Shown: positions 59,738 through 64,000 of the stretch, in pieces
How positions within the stretch are numbered: position 1 is the stretch's first letter
How the letters are laid out: each line of letters opens with the position of its first letter
Assembly: GCA_051546255.1 (NCBI GenBank)
Contig: CP128819.1
Location: 558,001-622,000, forward strand
Direction: 5' to 3'
From: Meyerozyma guilliermondii
Lineage: Eukaryota
Length of the DNA: 64,000 nt
Position numbers and translations under genes: made by a program
The notes under the pieces: generated by a model
The model's input: only the letters and a program-made list of their open reading frames with translations
Databases searched by the model: none
What the model was told of the DNA's origin: nothing

Positions 59738-62020
59738 ATGAACTTCATTTCGAGTGCTTTAAGCTCGCTAACTGGAACTTCCATTCCATACACTATTGGC
59801 GAGAAAGTATCATCGCCACTTCCAGATCAACCATTTTCAGTATGGACTATTTACGATGGTACAGATCCCAAAAAAGACAACTCACCGGTAACAATCTTTG
59901 AAATGAACCTTCAGGAACCTTCCAATGTAAGAAGTGACTTTGTTTCGCTCGCCAGAAACGCGTTCAAAAAACTGAAATTGGTAAAATTTCCTTCGATCCT
60001 TTCAATAATTGACTACATTGAAAACGATAACTTCATCTATATTATTTCCGAGCCCGTGGTACCTTTGTTCAAATATTTTGATACCCATGCTGACCGTATA
60101 TCCAAAGATGCCCGAATTGCTGGAATTTATACTGTCGCTGAGGCACTAGCATTTATCAATACTAAAGGTAATTGCATACATGGCAATTTGAATTTCTACT
60201 CGTCAGTGTTTGTCAATCCTGCTGGTGACTGGAAGTTATTTGGCTTTGAGGTCTTGACGAATTTAACGTCCGACCCTGACCAGCCTATTTACAGGCTTGC
60301 GTCGCGAGCGCCAGGCTTCCTGGACAACCTTCCAGACGATGTTGACGGTCAAGGACTCGACTCAATAAGGCAGTTTCCTTTCAAGTTTGACTCTTATAAG
60401 TTTGGTGTGTTCTTATACCAAGTATTAAGTTGGACAACCAGCTCCAGTCGTACTTATAAGGTGCAAGCTCTGCAACTAACAAGCTCATCAGCTATACCCA
60501 AATCATTGGCAGGACCGTTCAAGCGTTTGGTTAGCAAGAAACCAAACTTGCGCATCAACATTGACAAGTTTTTGGCCGAATGTTCTTCAACTTTCGAGAA
60601 CAACGACCTCATAAATTTGAGTAAGTTACTCGGAGACCTTGTGTTTGAAAATGAAGATAAGAAATTGCAATTCTACAAGTTCGAACTTCCACGCCATTTT
60701 CCTGATGATGTGGAAAATGTTGCTTTTCCACCAGGATTCCTTGAGAACAAAGTGCTTCCGGAACTCCTTACTCAGTATCAGAATGTGGTGAACTTGAAGC
60801 CAACTGTTAATTCAACCGTTGACTCACACCAACAAAAACAGGATACTTTATCCATTCTCCTCAACTACATTCTCAAGTTTGGTTGCTCTCTTCCTGAACC
60901 AAAGTTCAATAAAGTTGTAAAGCCCATTATACTTCAAAGTTTCAGTTTGGGAGACCGCTCAATTCGATTGACGTTATTGGCGCATTTGCAGTCATATGAA
61001 TGTTTTCTCTCTGAATCTGACGTTCAAAGCAAGTTGTTTTATAACTTGTTGGGTGGCTTCCAAGACTCTAATTATATGATTCGTGAGACTACTTTGAAAT
61101 CCATTACTACAATCATAGACAAGATCTCCGTCAAGCAGGTCAACCAAGATTTATTGAAAGTCCTTGCAAAGTCACAAATGGACCCCAAACCTTCTATTCG
61201 GACTAATACGCTCGTGCTCATAATCAAGATTTCGGACAAAATTTATGCAAACTCCAGAAATAATGTTCTAGCTACAGCTCTTGCCAAGTCGTTGAGGGAC
61301 ACTTTTACTCCAAGCAAGTTGGCAGCCCTCTCAGGCTTTGAAACTCTTAAAGACCAATTTACTCTAGAGGATATTTGCAACAAAGTTTTGGGTACCTTGG
61401 CAATTGCATTAATGGACGTTCACTCAGTGAAGGTAAGGACTACAGCTAAGGAAGTTTTTGATCTGTATTTGCAAGTTGTCGAAAGGCATGCTTCGGGCTT
61501 ACCCAAAACAGAAATTGACAGCAACGCTGAAGAAGAGGAGTTCTTCAGAAAGCACGCACCTACTGTTACACCTTCGAGCGACGAGACCAACAATGCCACA
61601 AGCGGCTCTAAGACCGGCTTTGGATGGAAGATCGTCAACAAATTGGTATCATCTTCGGATATGGACGGAGTACTCAATCATGAATTCAACACTTCTACAC
61701 CAGATCTCACGAGAACCTCAAGCAATGCAGATGTTGGGACTACAAATGGTTTAGGGTCTCAGAATGCGAGACCTCCTTCTGTGGAACTCGAAGTGGATGA
61801 TGGATGGGGCTTCGATGATGAGGATGCGGAGCCCGTAGTAACAGAGAGGGTATCTCAAACTGCAACCAAAAACAAACCAATGGTAAAGTCTACACGCAAA
61901 GAAAGCATACTTAAATTGGGCAAGTCTCTAAAAAACAAACAAAAACCCATAACCAGACTCAATATCAAACTAGACGACGATGATGACAACGATGGCTGGA
62001 ATGTTGAAGACAATTGGTGA
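59738..62020 (+). CDS. CEX1: SCY1-like pseudokinase + HEAT protein Cex1
   Basis: IHGNL, GDWKLFGFE, HEAT 'D..PSIRTNT', acidic DDGW motifs. Confidence 0.85.
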   Translation: MNFISSALSSLTGTSIPYTIGEKVSSPLPDQPFSVWTIYDGTDPKKDNSPVTIFEMNLQEPSNVRSDFVSLARNAFKKLKLVKFPSILSIIDYIENDNFIYIISEPVVPLFKYFDTHADRISKDARIAGIYTVAEALAFINTKGNCIHGNLNFYSSVFVNPAGDWKLFGFEVLTNLTSDPDQPIYRLASRAPGFLDNLPDDVDGQGLDSIRQFPFKFDSYKFGVFLYQVLSWTTSSSRTYKVQALQLTSSSAIPKSLAGPFKRLVSKKPNLRINIDKFLAECSSTFENNDLINLSKLLGDLVFENEDKKLQFYKFELPRHFPDDVENVAFPPGFLENKVLPELLTQYQNVVNLKPTVNSTVDSHQQKQDTLSILLNYILKFGCSLPEPKFNKVVKPIILQSFSLGDRSIRLTLLAHLQSYECFLSESDVQSKLFYNLLGGFQDSNYMIRETTLKSITTIIDKISVKQVNQDLLKVLAKSQMDPKPSIRTNTLVLIIKISDKIYANSRNNVLATALAKSLRDTFTPSKLAALSGFETLKDQFTLEDICNKVLGTLAIALMDVHSVKVRTTAKEVFDLYLQVVERHASGLPKTEIDSNAEEEEFFRKHAPTVTPSSDETNNATSGSKTGFGWKIVNKLVSSSDMDGVLNHEFNTSTPDLTRTSSNADVGTTNGLGSQNARPPSVELEVDDGWGFDDEDAEPVVTERVSQTATKNKPMVKSTRKESILKLGKSLKNKQKPITRLNIKLDDDDDNDGWNVEDNW

Positions 62021-62028
62021 GACACAAC

Positions 62029-63999
62029 TCAAGGGAAGTGACCTTTCCTTGGTCCAAAATAACCATCTGGTGCTGATAACGTCGCATTCAATCTTCCTAT
62101 TGCGACGCCGTCGTATCCCTCGTACATCACCGTGTTACCCCACCAGTTGATACTCTTGTCATGGTATTGAACAGCAAAGAAGATGATGATCCCGCTGAAC
62201 GCGATTCCAGCTGCCATCCCAGCGGAAAATATGTAATTGTATTTTTCCCACCAAGCTGTTTTCCTTGTCCTTAAATACCACATGAAGATCGCCGACAAAT
62301 ACAATCCGCCGGTATAGTATGAGAGGTTATAAGGAGCATAAATTATGATTCCACCGATTATCAAAGTGGGCTGGAAGTACTTGGTCAATTTTCTTGGACC
62401 ATACCATTTGAAAGCGATTGCTGGAATCGTCAATAGGAACCCAATCAAGAAACAGTATTTCAAAATAGGATATAAGCCATCGAAAACTCTCTTTGGCCCA
62501 ATCACACCCCAAAGCACAGATGAGGAAAAGAACGTATTGGAACCAGGACAGGTGAATTTTTCCTTGTTGAAAGGTTCGCAATAGTCTTTGATACCCGTGA
62601 GCTGAAAGCTCAAAATACCCAAAAACACGAAACAGTTGATGAGAACCGACACCATTTGGCATCTGAATAATGCCCAAGGAGGAATACTAGTATAATGAGC
62701 CATTTTCTGGTTCGTAATATAGTTCTCAGCCTGATTCTCAATGTTAGTCCCGAGCGCCTTGATGAACATCAAGGCAAGTCCATTACCGGGTATAGCATAA
62801 CCAACAATGAGTTCCACCAAAACGTTTAAACCGAACGAGTAACCTGTTCTCGCGTAGATTGCGGCCAAAGGAATCAAGAAGACAAAATTTATAACAATAG
62901 CAAAGAAGATACCCCACACCGGAGTTTCGGCAGGATAGAGCTTGACGCAAAGGATGCCCAACACAATTGATATAACCAAGACGACAAGGAAAACCCAATC
63001 CGGCACTTCTCTGTATTTCAGCATCAGGCGACTAAAGGGGTCATTATAACCGTCGTAATTGGACCGGTTCAAGTTTCGGAGAGCGTGAATAAAACCCTTC
63101 ACGGCGAACCAATTTCCTCGCCAATTGGTTGTCAACTCATAAACAAAAGCAAATGGGTAAAGTGCAAAAAAGGCACCATAGGTGACAAGATTAGCCGCAG
63201 AATAATAAGGAGGACCATACGTATTATATTTTTCCTGATCAAAGAGCCCCTTTTCGTTCAAAATTGCCTTGATGTTATATCTTTTACCCGTGTTGGTAAA
63301 GATCCTGTTCGAGTTGATAGGCAAGTACGCGGACCAGTGACTGTTCGAGTAGAAAACCGCAATGATAATGAAAAATCCCAAAAACCATCCAATCGCTTGG
63401 TTCACCACTGAGTAAAAGGGAATTGCCAATGCATTAAGATTATTCAAAACATTCCAATCAAAAGAAGGAATTGGATTCAATCCCAATCCGTTCACGGAAC
63501 CAGTAATCATCGCAAGGTTGTAATTATCAGGCTTAATCCAAGTCATCCAGTTGAAAGTTGAAAGGAATTGTGCAAGGTAATTTGGAAACCAAAAGTATAA
63601 GAACGAGGCTCCAAACGTGAAAAAGAAAAAGTTGTATTTGGAAATCGTCCAACCATTAATGATCTCTCTTGGCTCTGCAGAAGTGAGGGCCTTGTTCAAA
63701 GCAACTGTGGGCAACATTGTCGGCCATACGGCTTGAACTGGATACACCACAAATCTTCTCATCACACCTGCCAACCCAAATCCAACAAATTGAGTACTAA
63801 GTGTCAAAAGAACCTGATATCCAAATGTTGCCCATTGGTTATCATAAAAGAGTGGTGACTTTTGAACAAGAATATTCAATGCAACATACGGCGATGCACC
63901 AGAAACGGTATAGAAGAGTGTTGCAAGCATTTGCTCTTTCGAAGTCCAAGGACCGGGATTCAAATCGATTGTGTTGTTCCAAATGGTAAATTTCCAGTG
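62029..63999 (-). CDS. OPT-family oligopeptide transporter, 3' part (5' end outside window)
   Basis: NPGPWTSKEQM, GFGLAG, YREVPDW, WGVIGPKR, WWEKYNY; frame open to the window end. Confidence 0.93.
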   Translation of the reverse strand, partial: HWKFTIWNNTIDLNPGPWTSKEQMLATLFYTVSGASPYVALNILVQKSPLFYDNQWATFGYQVLLTLSTQFVGFGLAGVMRRFVVYPVQAVWPTMLPTVALNKALTSAEPREIINGWTISKYNFFFFTFGASFLYFWFPNYLAQFLSTFNWMTWIKPDNYNLAMITGSVNGLGLNPIPSFDWNVLNNLNALAIPFYSVVNQAIGWFLGFFIIIAVFYSNSHWSAYLPINSNRIFTNTGKRYNIKAILNEKGLFDQEKYNTYGPPYYSAANLVTYGAFFALYPFAFVYELTTNWRGNWFAVKGFIHALRNLNRSNYDGYNDPFSRLMLKYREVPDWVFLVVLVISIVLGILCVKLYPAETPVWGIFFAIVINFVFLIPLAAIYARTGYSFGLNVLVELIVGYAIPGNGLALMFIKALGTNIENQAENYITNQKMAHYTSIPPWALFRCQMVSVLINCFVFLGILSFQLTGIKDYCEPFNKEKFTCPGSNTFFSSSVLWGVIGPKRVFDGLYPILKYCFLIGFLLTIPAIAFKWYGPRKLTKYFQPTLIIGGIIIYAPYNLSYYTGGLYLSAIFMWYLRTRKTAWWEKYNYIFSAGMAAGIAFSGIIIFFAVQYHDKSINWWGNTVMYEGYDGVAIGRLNATLSAPDGYFGPRKGHFP

Positions 64000-64000
64000 A

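Noticed and set aside
1..64000. Transposons, LTRs, CRISPR arrays, rRNA
   Set aside because: No transposase, RT or gag ORFs, recognisable LTRs, repeat-spacer arrays or rRNA sequence seen

Overview
Gene-dense window from a budding yeast of the CUG-Ser (CTG) clade, probably Meyerozyma or another Debaryomycetaceae member. CTG codons sit at conserved Ser positions, so the supplied ORF track mistranslates them as Leu. About 43 protein genes are present, mostly core genes (SOF1, HRK1, IST1, PAC1, TUM1, PUS7, KIP2, RAD53, MEU1, DGA1, ORC3, PRE3, OST1, ESS1, URA6, KNS1, ATG12, YBP1, CTP1, TFA1, HCM1, BUD31, CEX1). There is also an intron-containing tRNA-Ser(CGA), and three genes whose short introns I reconstructed by hand. 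An accessory block (about 21.7-37.5 kb) holds two systems. (1) A bacterial-type DIP1984/'septicolysin'-like gene with a yeast Gcn4-type promoter, followed directly by a ~245-nt highly structured non-coding element (nested long-range helices, a cUUCGg tetraloop, a possible pseudoknot, 8-nt periodic repeats). This is the best candidate for an undescribed protein+RNA system. (2) An extended non-phosphorylative L-rhamnose cluster (LRA3, Zn2Cys6 regulator, LRA4, LRA1, LRA2, an orphan, GH78 rhamnosidase, MFS transporter) with a recurring CGG-N12-CCG promoter motif and a +1 'shifty stop' at the rhamnosidase start. Gene identities come from my recognition of motifs, not from database searches.
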